Shown: positions 27,613 to 38,779, counted from the first letter of the stretch. The stretch: 64,000 nt of DNA from Candidatus Bathyarchaeota archaeon (GCA_963828195.1 CAWHDT010000005.1:1-64000), one strand, 5' to 3'. The notes: a model not told the origin generated them from the letters alone. Numbers and translations are program-made.

Positions 27613-28515
27613 ATGCAAAACGGTTATCCTAAAATAGCGATTATAATACTTAATTGGAATGGGTTACCAGATACTTTAGAATGCTTAAAGTCTCTTCAGA
27701 AGATTGAATACCCCAACTATGCGGTTGTAGTTATCGATAATGGCTCAAGAGGTAATGATGCTGAGGTTATCAGAAGAAAATTTGGAAATTTCGTTTCCGT
27801 AATCCAAGAAGAAAAAAACCTTGGTTTCGCAGGCGGCTGCAACGTGGGGATCCGTTGGGCACTTCATTCTAATGCGAATTACGTCTTCCTGTTGAATAAT
27901 GACACAATAGTGGATCCAAACGTCTTAATAGAGTTGATCAAAGCCTTCCAAAATGACGCGCAAATTGGAATAGTCGGTCCAAAAGTTTACTTTTACGAGC
28001 AGCCAAACATAATTTATACTGCCGGGGGCAAAGTGAATTTTTGGACTGGCAATACACCGCTCATAGGAAAATGTGCAGTTGACCATGGACAATTCGATGA
28101 CATTGAGGAGGTTGATTATGTTTGCGGTTGTGCCCTGCTGATAAAAGAAGAAACGATCAAGCAGATAGGGCTCTTGAATGAAAAGTATTTTGCTTATTAT
28201 GAAGAAACAGAATGGTGCACAAAGGCGAGAAAAACGGGTTTTAAAATAGTTTATGCTCCAAAAGCAAAAATTTGGCACAAAAGCTCAAAAACTGGTACAA
28301 GCGAGTTGGGAATGTACTATATGACTCGAAACCGTTTTTTATTCGTAAAAAGGAATTCCAGTAGCTTTCAACTAATCGTTTACAATGTTTTCTTTTTAAC
28401 CACCGATTTAATACTTCAGATGAAGAATAAGCTCTTCTTGAAGCCAAAGTTGCTTACAGCATATCTTAAAGGTATCCGAGACGGTTTAGGCACTTACTCC
28501 AACCCTGAGCAATAG
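27613..28515 (+). CDS. Glycosyltransferase family 2
   Basis: IIILNWN, VIDNGS, NLGFAGGCN, LLNND, GCALL, YYEETEWC. Confidence 0.95.
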   Translation: MQNGYPKIAIIILNWNGLPDTLECLKSLQKIEYPNYAVVVIDNGSRGNDAEVIRRKFGNFVSVIQEEKNLGFAGGCNVGIRWALHSNANYVFLLNNDTIVDPNVLIELIKAFQNDAQIGIVGPKVYFYEQPNIIYTAGGKVNFWTGNTPLIGKCAVDHGQFDDIEEVDYVCGCALLIKEETIKQIGLLNEKYFAYYEETEWCTKARKTGFKIVYAPKAKIWHKSSKTGTSELGMYYMTRNRFLFVKRNSSSFQLIVYNVFFLTTDLILQMKNKLFLKPKLLTAYLKGIRDGLGTYSNPEQ

Positions 28516-28718
28516 ATTGCAAAGGCATTTTAAAAAATGGTTCAAAAGGATTAAGCCATTTAGGTATTTATGAGAATCATCCAATAAATCTAAGGTTCCA
28601 CACAGATACTATTGATAGTTATCGGCATTATTTCCGTTCACGATAAGAAGCCCACGCGAATAGTTTGTGTAAAGTCAACCCGAATAGTGGGTGGAGGATT
28701 AGGATTCTTGATATTCAT

Positions 28719-29423
28719 TTATAATCTTTTGAATTTCAGGTCAGCTAAGTCCTTTCCAAACTCAACTGCTACGTCCTGCTTCTTCATCGCATCGATGTCA
28801 GTTATCCCGTTGATGTTTGTGATGTAAACGTTGGCTGATTTTCCGCCGTAAACTCCGTGGATGTCGAAAACCATGCCGACGACATAAAGCTCACGGCTTC
28901 GAATTTTTGCGTTTATCATGGGTTCTGCCGCAATCTGGCTTATTTGATAGTCAACATTGACTTGGGCGTATAATGCAAGCTTCTGATTTTCATCGGTGAC
29001 ATTAGCGATATCTATGTTCTGGTTTGCAAGCTTTATTGAGTTGACGAGTCCAATTACTTCTTTTTGTATAGCTTCGTCATCTTCACGGTAGTCAGACAAA
29101 ACTGCTTTGATGGCGCCACATCCTGTATGCCCCATAACAATCAAAAGCGGAGTATGTAAATGAAGAATTGGGTACTTTATTGACCCCTCTGAATTTCCGA
29201 ATTGATTGCCGATGTTTCTTACGGTAAATATCTCATTTGGGCTATCATTGCCGAAAATGTTCTGGGGAACCCTGGAATCACAGCATGTCAATAAAGCGAC
29301 TTTGGGTGTCTGTTTAGATTTAAGCTGCTCGTATTCTGAAGAATGTTTCTCGACGTATCTGATGTTGCCTTCGACTAGCTGCTTGAGGATATCTTGGGGG
29401 TTCAAGTGATTTTTCTCTGACAT
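28719..29423 (-). CDS. Beta-class carbonic anhydrase
   Basis: CCDSRV, RNIGN, GHTGCGA zinc motifs. Confidence 0.93.
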   Translation of the reverse strand: MSEKNHLNPQDILKQLVEGNIRYVEKHSSEYEQLKSKQTPKVALLTCCDSRVPQNIFGNDSPNEIFTVRNIGNQFGNSEGSIKYPILHLHTPLLIVMGHTGCGAIKAVLSDYREDDEAIQKEVIGLVNSIKLANQNIDIANVTDENQKLALYAQVNVDYQISQIAAEPMINAKIRSRELYVVGMVFDIHGVYGGKSANVYITNINGITDIDAMKKQDVAVEFGKDLADLKFKRL

Positions 29424-29596
29424 TTTTTCATCTCATTTCGCTTGACTTTCAAGTTTTAATGAATCTTGTCTTAATAAACGAACTGTACTTTTTCGCTTTT
29501 TTCATTTTTGCCCAACGCCAAATCAATTATTATTTGCTGTTTTTGAAAAAAGTTAAAAACAAAACGGTACTATAAAGTTGTTGAGAGACGAGCGGT

Positions 29597-30487
29597 GTGA
29601 GTAAAAGCCTAACAAAGAATCTAATTGTTACCGTTTTATGCATTTGCCTTATTCTTCTACAGATTTTCTTTCCCTATTCATATTATTCTTCGACGCCGCA
29701 TAACTCAAATTCGTCGTTCACTGTTGGAGTAACCTATGTTTACGAGCAGGATAATGTGAGCCAAATCTTCGGAGAAGTGTCTGAAATTCACAGTTTAGGC
29801 TTTCAAACTATCCGGGTGGATCTTGTATGTGACCCTTCCAACCCGCAAGATATTTCAAACCTTCAAACAAACGCATTTTTCAACGCAACTCAATACTTCA
29901 ACATCGCCGTAGCCGTTATAATTAACAATCAAGCGGCAGCAAGCACAATTCAGTATTACCTCTTCAACTGGGGCAAATACTTAAGCTATATCCAAGTCCT
30001 TAACGAACCTGAACTTTCAGCTTCTTGGGCTCCCGGCGCGCTTTTCACCGATGACGAAATAATCGATAGTTTCCAGCAGGACTTGGCGATAGTTCAATCA
30101 TTTCATCTTTCAGCTCAATTGTACACAAACTTCGAGGTAGGCTTTCTTCTTAGACCCAACATTCCGGTTGAACTAAGCAAAAACCTCAACTTTGTCGGAT
30201 TAGATATTTACATGCAATCTTTTCTGGTGCTAAGCCCAAACCTTGAGCTGTTTCTTCATCAAATAACAAACAAAAACGTGGTGATAACCGAGTTCGGCAT
30301 GGACACAGCTAACGATGCTGCACAGGCAAACTTTCTGATTCAAGGCCTTAATCTCTTTAAGAATATGGGTCTTAAGGGTTGCTGGATTGCTTATTGGAAC
30401 GATGATCAAGGGAACTATGGAATCAGGGGGCGACTCGCTGCTCAAATGATAGGTGAATGGATTGCTGAAAATACAAAGTCAAATTAA
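29597..30487 (+). CDS. Exported glycoside hydrolase-like protein (clan GH-A TIM barrel)
   Basis: N-terminal TM; LNEP and ITEFG catalytic-type glutamates. Confidence 0.7.
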   Translation: MSKSLTKNLIVTVLCICLILLQIFFPYSYYSSTPHNSNSSFTVGVTYVYEQDNVSQIFGEVSEIHSLGFQTIRVDLVCDPSNPQDISNLQTNAFFNATQYFNIAVAVIINNQAAASTIQYYLFNWGKYLSYIQVLNEPELSASWAPGALFTDDEIIDSFQQDLAIVQSFHLSAQLYTNFEVGFLLRPNIPVELSKNLNFVGLDIYMQSFLVLSPNLELFLHQITNKNVVITEFGMDTANDAAQANFLIQGLNLFKNMGLKGCWIAYWNDDQGNYGIRGRLAAQMIGEWIAENTKSN

Positions 30488-30911
30488 ACCCGCATTCCAA
30501 CGCGTGGCACAGGCTTTACGTAAGTCTAAAAACATCTTTATTCACGGCGTTTTCATGTTAAGCTCGCTAACCGTGGCTGAATTCCTTTTGTTTAATTTCC
30601 GAAACTCGTTTCTGCTATATTTGCCGCCTATAGGCTTCGCTTTTTTTCTTTTATCAATGTTCATAGTTCAACCCATAATAATCGGGGCATTAAACATAAT
30701 TGTTCTTCATCGCTTAAACAAATTCGAAGGTTGGCAAATCGGATTTTGGCTAAACGGCTTATTTTTGTTCCTTGTGTTCTCCGCATTCAACCTTGTTTTT
30801 CAGACGATAACCTATGTTTCCTATTTATCTTATGGTTTTGTTATCGCGGAAATAATTTTGTTGGCTTATCCCTTCGGAATCATCGCGAAGCTTAGCAACG
30901 GACAAGGCTAA
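30453..30911 (+). CDS. Hypothetical membrane protein
   Basis: About four TM helices; overlaps the upstream gene. Confidence 0.7.
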   Translation: MNGLLKIQSQIKPAFQRVAQALRKSKNIFIHGVFMLSSLTVAEFLLFNFRNSFLLYLPPIGFAFFLLSMFIVQPIIIGALNIIVLHRLNKFEGWQIGFWLNGLFLFLVFSAFNLVFQTITYVSYLSYGFVIAEIILLAYPFGIIAKLSNGQG

Positions 30912-30972
30912 AAACCAAAAACGTTTTGTTTAATAAATTCTCTCAGCTTTTATGTCGAATGCTTCTCCGTAT

Positions 30973-31644
30973 TTACGAGGAATTTGAACTCACTGGTGTT
31001 ATATCCCACTTAGTAACAGTGCCTTCGTGGAAAATGGCTATGCTTATTGTTGCTGTTTGCCCGCTGAACAAGCTTTCAAGCTGCGCTGAGCTGCCGCCAT
31101 AAACGTCTGTGGCTGCGTCTGTTCCAAATGATGCTCCATCATCCAAGGGGACAGTTGTGCTTATTTCGATCGTGCCGTCTGCAGCGTACGCGACAACGTG
31201 CAACCCCGCGTCGTATGCCGTGCCTCCTCCTGTGTTGGTCACTGTGCCTGATATGTAGAGGTGATTGTAGGGCGAGGCTGAGCCTTCATTGTATGTAGAG
31301 GTGCTTGGAATTTCAGTTATGCCTAAAGCCGTTACAAGGTTTGCAGACGTTAAATTTGCTTCTTGACTGGCAATAATTGCCTGTTGACTTTTAAGGGCCG
31401 AAATTTGGCTGTTTAGGCTTGCTACCTGATTGGTTAGGTTGGCTATTTCGCTGCTTTGGTTGATTATTACGTTATTTAGATTTATGTTTTCATTGATTAG
31501 ATTTGCAATATTGGTTTGCATCAAAGCGATTTTAGAGTTTTTGTCGTTTACCGCACCGTTATAATACAGTATGGTTCCTGAAAATGCAGCGACAAGAATT
31601 ATTCCCATCACCAAGATTGATGAAGCTTTGCTTATGGTTCCCAT
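30973..31644 (-). CDS. Membrane-anchored coiled-coil / Ig-like exported protein
   Basis: N-terminal TM, Asn/Gln heptads, ISGTVTNTG beta-rich C-terminus. Confidence 0.75.
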   Translation of the reverse strand: MGTISKASSILVMGIILVAAFSGTILYYNGAVNDKNSKIALMQTNIANLINENINLNNVIINQSSEIANLTNQVASLNSQISALKSQQAIIASQEANLTSANLVTALGITEIPSTSTYNEGSASPYNHLYISGTVTNTGGGTAYDAGLHVVAYAADGTIEISTTVPLDDGASFGTDAATDVYGGSSAQLESLFSGQTATISIAIFHEGTVTKWDITPVSSNSS

Positions 31645-31900
31645 GCTTACCCTATTTCTATGCTAATTGGCTTTAAGTTTTTCCTCTCTACTGTTTTGAG
31701 TCTGCGCAACCATCTCGTCTGTTCCTTGTTTTTTCGAACTAAGAAGTCTATGAACAACGATGAGGCTTGGCAAAACAGGGGTCAAAGTTATCTAGATAGG
31801 GCTAAATTTGTTTTTTCCGCGGAGAATAATCGTCACCTAACAGTAATTCTTAAAAGTAATATGGAACATTCACTACTCTATTCGCGAGGAAGGGACAGGT

Positions 31901-33511
31901 TTGGAATCGGGTTTGGGCGTAAAAATAGTTTTAACGGCGTCAGCTACAGAAATGAGCGACTTTTATAACAATCACTTTATCGCTTTCTTCGCTGGCTTCG
32001 GCAAAGGTCCGCTTCCGCTTTCCTTTATGAGAAAAACAGTTTATCCCCCAGTGGAACGCAAGCCTAACGGCCAAGCAAGATTTGCACCTTATGGCTTGCG
32101 GAAAGTAGAAGCTATATTGCTGGAAAACGGTTTTACAGAAAAAGATGTGGCTGTGGTTCACCCTGAAGACCTTGAAGACTTCATCGGGTCAGAAACCAAA
32201 GTGGTGGGAATTTCTTCAATGGATCCAACAGGCATGGGTTACGTAAGCAAGACCTACTCGTCGATAATCGGCGGCGGAGAACCCATGAACGCAGTAGAAT
32301 TCCAAAAACTCGTTACTCACCCCAGCATCAAAAAGTTTAAGCCAAAAATCATCGTCGGCGGATTCGGCTCTTGGCAGCTTGAACGCAACAAAGTGTCTGA
32401 AAGCTACGGCGTAGATTGCGTGCTTATAGGCGGAAGACCAGAGCCGATAGTTCAGGTTTTCAAGAAGGCAGTAAACGGAGAAGCTCTTCCCCGCATTGTT
32501 AAGGCCGATGAATCAATCAGCAACTGGGATTACAACGCTATAATGCCTTTGACCAAACATGCCGGAATCCACGGAGCTGTAGAAATTTCAAAAGGTTGCG
32601 GAAGAAACTGCCAATTTTGCACGCCTACCATGCAGCATAAAGTTGATGTGCCGCTTGAAAAAATTATGAAGGAAGTTGCGTTATCTACCGCAGAAGGCAG
32701 CGACCACATAACATTGGTCACTGAGGACCTGTTCTTGTATGGTTCTAAAGATCAAAGGTTCGTTCCAAACAAGGATGCCGTGGTTAAACTCGTGAAAAGC
32801 GTTGCTGAGTACCCAGGCGTTAAAAGCATTCAAGCGTCTCACATGTCGTTGGCGCCAGCGGTTCATAATCCTCAAATGGTGAAGGAACTCGCAGAAATAC
32901 TGATTGATCGAAGCTGGTATTCTTTTGATAAAAAGGCGATAATTACGGCGGAAACAGGAATTGAAACTGGCAGCCCAAGATTGATGAAGAAATATATGGC
33001 TGGTAAAATGTTGCCTTTTAAGCCTGAGCAGTGGCAGGAAATTGTCGAGACCGCCTTTGGCATATTTAACGACAACGACTGGTATCCGCTTGCAACATTG
33101 ATTGTGGGTCTCCCAGACGAGAAAGAAGAAGATGTGCTGCAGACGATTGAGTTAATGGATAAACTAAAGGATTATAACGCGTTCTACGTTCCCTTGTTCT
33201 TTGTTCCACTTGAGAATTGTGTGCTTATGAACAAGAAAGGCGCTGAAATGGATTCGCTTTCAAAAGCGCGTTGGGATTTCTTCATAAAATGCTGGGAATA
33301 CAACATTAAAATTTGGAAGCCGACTTTCCTTGAAAACCGTTTCTCCAACCCAATCCTGTACAAAGCAGTGAACCAAATTGTTATTCCATATGCTGGCAGA
33401 ATCGCAGGCTTCTACTATGGTTGGACACGCGGCGAACAACTAAAACAAGCTTTCTGGACGCTAAGCATGTCTCAGCCAGCATCAGTTAAAGAAAAACAAA
33501 AATCAATCTGA
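31901..33511 (+). CDS. B12-binding-domain radical SAM protein
   Basis: APYGLRKVEA, GISSMDP, EISKGCGRNCQFC (CxxxCxxC), GIETGS. Confidence 0.93.
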   Translation: MESGLGVKIVLTASATEMSDFYNNHFIAFFAGFGKGPLPLSFMRKTVYPPVERKPNGQARFAPYGLRKVEAILLENGFTEKDVAVVHPEDLEDFIGSETKVVGISSMDPTGMGYVSKTYSSIIGGGEPMNAVEFQKLVTHPSIKKFKPKIIVGGFGSWQLERNKVSESYGVDCVLIGGRPEPIVQVFKKAVNGEALPRIVKADESISNWDYNAIMPLTKHAGIHGAVEISKGCGRNCQFCTPTMQHKVDVPLEKIMKEVALSTAEGSDHITLVTEDLFLYGSKDQRFVPNKDAVVKLVKSVAEYPGVKSIQASHMSLAPAVHNPQMVKELAEILIDRSWYSFDKKAIITAETGIETGSPRLMKKYMAGKMLPFKPEQWQEIVETAFGIFNDNDWYPLATLIVGLPDEKEEDVLQTIELMDKLKDYNAFYVPLFFVPLENCVLMNKKGAEMDSLSKARWDFFIKCWEYNIKIWKPTFLENRFSNPILYKAVNQIVIPYAGRIAGFYYGWTRGEQLKQAFWTLSMSQPASVKEKQKSI

Positions 33512-34384
33512 TTCAGAGACTTCTTCCACAGTCTCCTGCATTTCCTCCGTTTCAAGCGGTTGCTCTGCAGCTGCTTCGAGCGCCGGCTCGGCGGCTAGTT
33601 GCTGCGGGAGCTTGAGGATTTTTCTTGCATGCGTAATGTACCCTGTGTGCCCAGTCATCAGTGTTTGAGGTCTGGTTTTTCCTCTTTCAACCTGCATTGC
33701 CCGCATCATGCACTCGATGGTTTCTATGAACACGAACCCGTTTTCTCTGAGCGCTTCCGTTGTTTTTACAACTTGGTCAATAGTGGGGCTAAACGAAACA
33801 ATAATGCCTGAAGGCCGAAGCGCTTCATAAGCATGTGGAACCACAAGCCACGGAACAGCCAAATCCAAAATAACCGCGTCAACGTCTCGCTCTTCGATTC
33901 CTAACGTGACATCTCCGTTTTTCATTTCAACGTGATCGATGAGTTTTGAGCGTTCGAGGTTTTTGGCCGCGTTTTTTTGGAATTCGCTGCGCAACTCGTA
34001 AGTGTAAACTTTGCCTGTTGGTCCAACGTAGTGCGCGAGGGCTGTTGTTAATGAGCCTGTTCCCGTGCCTGACTCGACCACTCTGCTTCCCGGTCCGATT
34101 CCGCTGAACATAACAATTAAGGCGGCGTCTTTGGGGTAGATGATTTGTGTGTTACGTGAAGACTTCATAATGTAGTCTGTTAAGGCTGGTTTGAGGGTGG
34201 TGAAGTAGATGCCAAGGCTGCTTTTGATGGGTTCCCCATAGTCTTTACCGATTAACTCATCAAGCTTCAAGTAGCCCTTATGCGTGTGGAATGTTTGCCC
34301 AGCCTGCATTTTTATCATGTAGGTTCTGCGTGCATCAAGGTAAATGAGCACGTAGTCGCCCTCGCTTATTTTTTGGTTAGCCAA
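33503..34384 (-). CDS. trmI: tRNA (adenine-N1)-methyltransferase TrmI
   Basis: TQIIYPKD, VVESGTGTGSLT, ILDL.VPW, FSPTIDQV, GHTGY; TTG 34384 is the likely start. Confidence 0.95.
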   Translation of the reverse strand: MANQKISEGDYVLIYLDARRTYMIKMQAGQTFHTHKGYLKLDELIGKDYGEPIKSSLGIYFTTLKPALTDYIMKSSRNTQIIYPKDAALIVMFSGIGPGSRVVESGTGTGSLTTALAHYVGPTGKVYTYELRSEFQKNAAKNLERSKLIDHVEMKNGDVTLGIEERDVDAVILDLAVPWLVVPHAYEALRPSGIIVSFSPTIDQVVKTTEALRENGFVFIETIECMMRAMQVERGKTRPQTLMTGHTGYITHARKILKLPQQLAAEPALEAAAEQPLETEEMQETVEEVSESD

Positions 34385-34492
34385 TGTTTTGCCTCTTTTG
34401 GAAGTGAAAATGCAGTTTGTCACATTTAAGCTTTGAACCATAGAAAACCGAATTGACATTTTCATAAACGTTATAAACGAAGAAAGTTAAAG

Positions 34493-34894
34493 ATGCATTT
34501 ACAAGGGATTTATTGTTTGTTTATCGCCGGCAAGCCTTCAATACTTATTGTTGATGATGATATAGCTATTTTACATACTTTTACCAAAATTTTTCAAAGA
34601 AAAGGTTACTCGGTAACTGTAGCTATAAAAGGCAAAGAAGCCGCAGAAAAACTAAGCATCAGCCAATACGACGTAGCGTTGATTGATCTGTCACTTCCGG
34701 ATATGGAAGGCAACGCTCTTTTTCCATTAATAAAAAATTCATCGCCTCAGACCCTGAGGATTATGCTTACGGGTAAAACATGGTTACAAAGCAGCATCAG
34801 GGATGCAGATGCTTTTGTTGGAAAACCAGTTAATCCCGAAAAACTTCTGAGCATTATTGATACTAAATTAAAAGATCGAGACGCCCAAATATAA
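34493..34894 (+). CDS. Single-domain response regulator (receiver)
   Basis: ILIVDDD, LIDLSLPDMEG, MLTG, KP. Confidence 0.9.
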   Translation: MHLQGIYCLFIAGKPSILIVDDDIAILHTFTKIFQRKGYSVTVAIKGKEAAEKLSISQYDVALIDLSLPDMEGNALFPLIKNSSPQTLRIMLTGKTWLQSSIRDADAFVGKPVNPEKLLSIIDTKLKDRDAQI

Positions 34895-35093
34895 TCGTAG
34901 ACAAAACTTTGTTTTCCTTGTAAAAAATATTGACGTCGGTTGAAAATTTGCGGGTTAATTTTCAATTAATGAAGCCTTTTTAGGATCCTCTTCATGAGTC
35001 TATTCAAATCATTTAGCAGACCGAGCGGGTACACTGTGAGAGAGCACGACGGCGCAGAAAGCGGAAAAAAGTGAAAAGCAGGTTTTAGCTTTT

Positions 35094-36752
35094 CTAGCTT
35101 AAAATAACTATGTTCGGGGGTTTTCTTCTATGCATAACCAATCCGATTACTACGGCTCCGAGGATGACGGCGGCAGCTACAACTGCAAGATATTGACCCA
35201 TCGTTGCCAAAGAAAACGTCGGGGCGGCTGTGGGCGCTTGAGCTTTCGAGATAGGGGTGTTCGTTGGTGCTGCGCTTGGTATTGACGCTTGGGTTGGTTC
35301 AGGTGCAGGTGTAGGGGAAGCGGTTGACGTTGGAGCTGGTGTCGGCGTGGAAGTTGGAGCGGGAGCAGGAGTTGCAGCAGGAGTCGGCGTGGGTGTTGCC
35401 TGAGGGTTTTGTGTAAAGGTTGCGGTTATCGTCTGATTAGAATTCATGGTCACTTGGGTCGTTAGACTTGTAACGTTGTTGCTCCACCCTTCAAAGCTCC
35501 AGCCGCTGGCGCTTGTCGCGGTCAAATTAAGTAAAGTTCCGTACGAGGAGGTTTCGTTGCCTGGAGCTACTGTGCCTTGGCCGACTGTGATTACCGTTAG
35601 CACGTAGCTGTTTTGGGCGTAAGTTGCGGTGATTGTGTGATTAGCTTGAACATTGGTGAAGCCCACAGTTTGACCCGAAGAAGAAGTGACCAGTACTGGG
35701 TCGGAGTCAGTTGTTATGCTTGCGATGGAGTAGCCGGTCGCAGGCGTGATGCTGAAGCTTGGAGTTGCACTATAATTAACAGGGCTTGAACCCGGAGAAA
35801 TAAGACCGTTCGCAGTCTGAGTAACCGTGATGGTGAGTTGATTTACAGTAAGCGTCGCAGCTGAAGACGGAATCGAAGTTGCACTTAAACTGTCAGTAAC
35901 TGTGGCTGTAATCGAGAAAGTACCTGAAGAATCAGGAGAATAACTGAATGTTGACGAAGTTTGATCGGACTGCGCAGACCCATTCACGTACCATTGATAA
36001 TATGCATATGACTCTGAACCGCCGCTGGGTGTAGCTGAAAACGTTTGGGACTGGCCGGTATCCATTGTACACGAGGTAGGCGAGACATTAACAGACGGGG
36101 CAGAATTCACCGTAACCAAAAATGGTGCTGAAGTAACCACAACAGGGGAAGTGGCACTGTCAGTCACTTGAAGCTCAAAACTCCAAGGACCTGAGGCAGT
36201 GGTGCCGTCAGTTGCGAAGTTATAACTCGCAGAATTCTGATTAGTAATCGCTAAGAAACTTGAATCGCTCGGGCTTTCCTGCAGCCACTGGTAAGAGTAC
36301 GGACCAGTGCCTGTTGTGACAGGGGTGGAAGTCAAATCTGAAGTTTGAGACTGATCGATCACATTTAAATTGGTAGAAACGGTTGGAGCAACAAGAGCAG
36401 AGTTGACTGTTACTGTGACGGTCGGGTTTGAAGTTGCAGTTAATGAGTTCGCGTCTGTGAATGTTACGTAAATGCCAGTGTCTGCGCTTGAAGTGATATA
36501 AGTAGCAGTGTCACCTGTCCCTGACGCACCCGGTATGAGACCCGCCTCATCAGACCATTGCCACGTAATTGGTTCAGTTCCTCCAGTAACTGTAGATGAT
36601 AATGTTGCTGACTGACCGTTGTCTATAGTTGCAGAAGAAGGCTCCACAGATATCGAAGGCTGAGGCGGATCAGCTTTGGTTTCTTTACTCGCAAATGCGC
36701 AGATTGATAACGTAACTAGAAATACGATTATTAGGATTTGTAGTTTCTTCAT
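35094..36752 (-). CDS. Cell-surface protein (PKD/Ig-like and InlB B-repeat-like domains, Pro/Thr linker, C-terminal TM)
   Basis: Signal peptide, repeated YQW/TVTDS motifs, GWSFEGWS...ITATF, PTPTPA linker, TM plus basic tail. Confidence 0.85.
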   Translation of the reverse strand: MKKLQILIIVFLVTLSICAFASKETKADPPQPSISVEPSSATIDNGQSATLSSTVTGGTEPITWQWSDEAGLIPGASGTGDTATYITSSADTGIYVTFTDANSLTATSNPTVTVTVNSALVAPTVSTNLNVIDQSQTSDLTSTPVTTGTGPYSYQWLQESPSDSSFLAITNQNSASYNFATDGTTASGPWSFELQVTDSATSPVVVTSAPFLVTVNSAPSVNVSPTSCTMDTGQSQTFSATPSGGSESYAYYQWYVNGSAQSDQTSSTFSYSPDSSGTFSITATVTDSLSATSIPSSAATLTVNQLTITVTQTANGLISPGSSPVNYSATPSFSITPATGYSIASITTDSDPVLVTSSSGQTVGFTNVQANHTITATYAQNSYVLTVITVGQGTVAPGNETSSYGTLLNLTATSASGWSFEGWSNNVTSLTTQVTMNSNQTITATFTQNPQATPTPTPAATPAPAPTSTPTPAPTSTASPTPAPEPTQASIPSAAPTNTPISKAQAPTAAPTFSLATMGQYLAVVAAAVILGAVVIGLVMHRRKPPNIVILS

Positions 36753-36986
36753 GTTTCATCCTCACGTTTCTTATTGTCCAATACTCAAACTCCTACCTGC
36801 GGTAGGACTATTGCTTGGATTATGAGGGCTTAACATTTGGGCTTTATGAATTTAGAGACAATATTTCCAATCAACAGAGCTTCCGCAGAGAATTTTTCAA
36901 CAAAAGTCTGTTGGAAGGTAATTAATGAAGAATAACTGATTTTGATTAGGACACAAAAAATAAAAAAAATGGAGTGTTGTTGGGTT

Positions 36987-37658
36987 TTATACTGGCGTCG
37001 GTGTGTATGGCTGGGGAGCCATTGTTGCTGGCGGTTGTTCTGGCTGAGGTTTTATTTGGAAGAAGGCAATTGCAATCAGCAGTACTGCGACCCACATTAG
37101 GATGGCGCCTATGCCGAAGGCTATCAGTAGAAATGCGCCTATGAGTAGCAGTAGAGAACCGGTTGAGAAAAGGCCTATGCTTGTTTTTGATGAAAGGGTT
37201 TTGAGTGATCGTCTGGCGAAGAAAGCTGCAACTATGGCGAAAACCCATAGAATCAATATGACTAAAAATATTGCCCCTAATGCTGATGTAAGATCGCCCA
37301 TGGGTATATTTGAAGTGTTTCGAGGCATACTACCTAATGATGAAATTGTTGACCAGCTGCCATTCCATGTTGGATAAATATCTTTAATCAGGTTTGTAAC
37401 TAAGGTTGTGTCAAAAATTATGTAGAGCGCCGCCGAAGCCGCCGCCACTACGCCCACTATGCCGAAGACGAGACTGTAGATTGCGTTAGTGAATATGCCT
37501 CTTTCTTTATAATAGTCCGCTAAACCGTTCAATGCGACGAAAACCAGTATTACGCCAATAAGGTCAAGAACGCCAAAAGTATAAGCGGTAGCAATTGAGC
37601 CTATTAAGATTAGTATTGCGCCTATGCCGCCCAAAGTCTTGCTTGATTCCAAATTCAA
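36987..37658 (-). CDS. DUF996-family membrane protein
   Basis: KTLGGIGAIL..., LADYYKERGIF, LFSTGSLL...IAFF. Confidence 0.8.
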   Translation of the reverse strand: MNLESSKTLGGIGAILILIGSIATAYTFGVLDLIGVILVFVALNGLADYYKERGIFTNAIYSLVFGIVGVVAAASAALYIIFDTTLVTNLIKDIYPTWNGSWSTISSLGSMPRNTSNIPMGDLTSALGAIFLVILILWVFAIVAAFFARRSLKTLSSKTSIGLFSTGSLLLLIGAFLLIAFGIGAILMWVAVLLIAIAFFQIKPQPEQPPATMAPQPYTPTPV

Positions 37659-37792
37659 CGTTTTTCCCTCTGATTTCTTGTCGTCTTTTTTAGAATAAAA
37701 GCTTTTTCATGCCCATTCATACCAGAATCTCAGCGCACTAGTGTGTGAACTTAAAAATCAAATTTTTTGGGATAATAACCCTTAATTTGAAG

Positions 37793-38122
37793 CTAAGTAG
37801 GTTTTTTTTCGCCGCCAAGTTGACCCTGCAGTATCCCATAATAGGTTTGCAAGTAGACTTTGCCGCTTTCCGTTATCGCATAGACTTTGCGGGAACGCCC
37901 AGCCTTTTGCTGTTTTTCGCTTTCCAGAAAGCCCCTTTTTTCAAGAGTGTTCAATGTAGGATAGAGTGCGCCATGCCTTAGTTTTATGTTGAAATCTGCT
38001 TCGACTTGTTTCTTGATTTGGTATCCCCAGGTTGGTTGAGCCTGCACTATTCTTAACAGCTGGATGTCGAGTAGGTTTCTGATTATGTGTTGTACAATTT
38101 CTTTTTTGTAGTTTTCTGACAC
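37793..38122 (-). CDS. PadR-family transcriptional regulator
   Basis: WGYQI, GALYPTLNTLEKRGF, RKVYAITESG. Confidence 0.9.
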   Translation of the reverse strand: MSENYKKEIVQHIIRNLLDIQLLRIVQAQPTWGYQIKKQVEADFNIKLRHGALYPTLNTLEKRGFLESEKQQKAGRSRKVYAITESGKVYLQTYYGILQGQLGGEKKPT

Positions 38123-38302
38123 GTTTTTCTTTTCCTGTGGGGTGCTTATGAATTGTTTGATGGTTGGATTTATTAGTTTATGCTAATTTTGTTTGCGGTC
38201 TTATTGCGTTGGTATGTTTTTGTATGCTTTGTTTATGTATGAAGCTTTATATCAGGGTTTATTAATATTACATACATCAAGATATGTCCGAAATAGGACA
38301 TA

Positions 38303-38779
38303 TTGTATATGCGTCGAACAAAACAACAGTTGGGAGAAAAAGAAAAAATGTTAAAAGCTTTAAACTCGCAAAAAGAGGTCTCAGCTAAACTAACAAAAGG
38401 TTTACTGGACCTGATAATACTGCAGTTCGTAAGCACACAGCCCATGCATGGATACCAAATAATCACGAAAATCCGCAAAAACTTCGGCGTGTATTTCGGC
38501 CCAAGCACAGTTTATCCGTTGCTGAACCTGCTTGAAAAGAAAGGTTTCTTAAAAAGTGAATGGAACATGAATTCTGATAGACCCAGAAAAATTTACAGCC
38601 TAACAGACGATGGGCAGAACATGCTGAGTTTCACTGAAGATTCCTTAAACCTGATTTGCCGAAAAATGGGGTCACAAATGAACGCAGAGCCTATGGAGCG
38701 ATCTGTCTCAGAAGGTACCATGATAGCTAGGAAGGGTCTAAGCTCAGAGTCAAGCCACTTGGCAGTGTCAATGCACTAG
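38303..38779 (+). CDS. PadR-family transcriptional regulator
   Basis: MHGYQI, GPSTVYPLL..LEKKG, RPRKIYSLT. Confidence 0.92.
   Translation: MYMRRTKQQLGEKEKMLKALNSQKEVSAKLTKGLLDLIILQFVSTQPMHGYQIITKIRKNFGVYFGPSTVYPLLNLLEKKGFLKSEWNMNSDRPRKIYSLTDDGQNMLSFTEDSLNLICRKMGSQMNAEPMERSVSEGTMIARKGLSSESSHLAVSMH

Noticed and set aside
35220-35410. Repetitive GC-rich tract
   Set aside because: Explained by the Pro/Thr/Ala linker of the surface protein.
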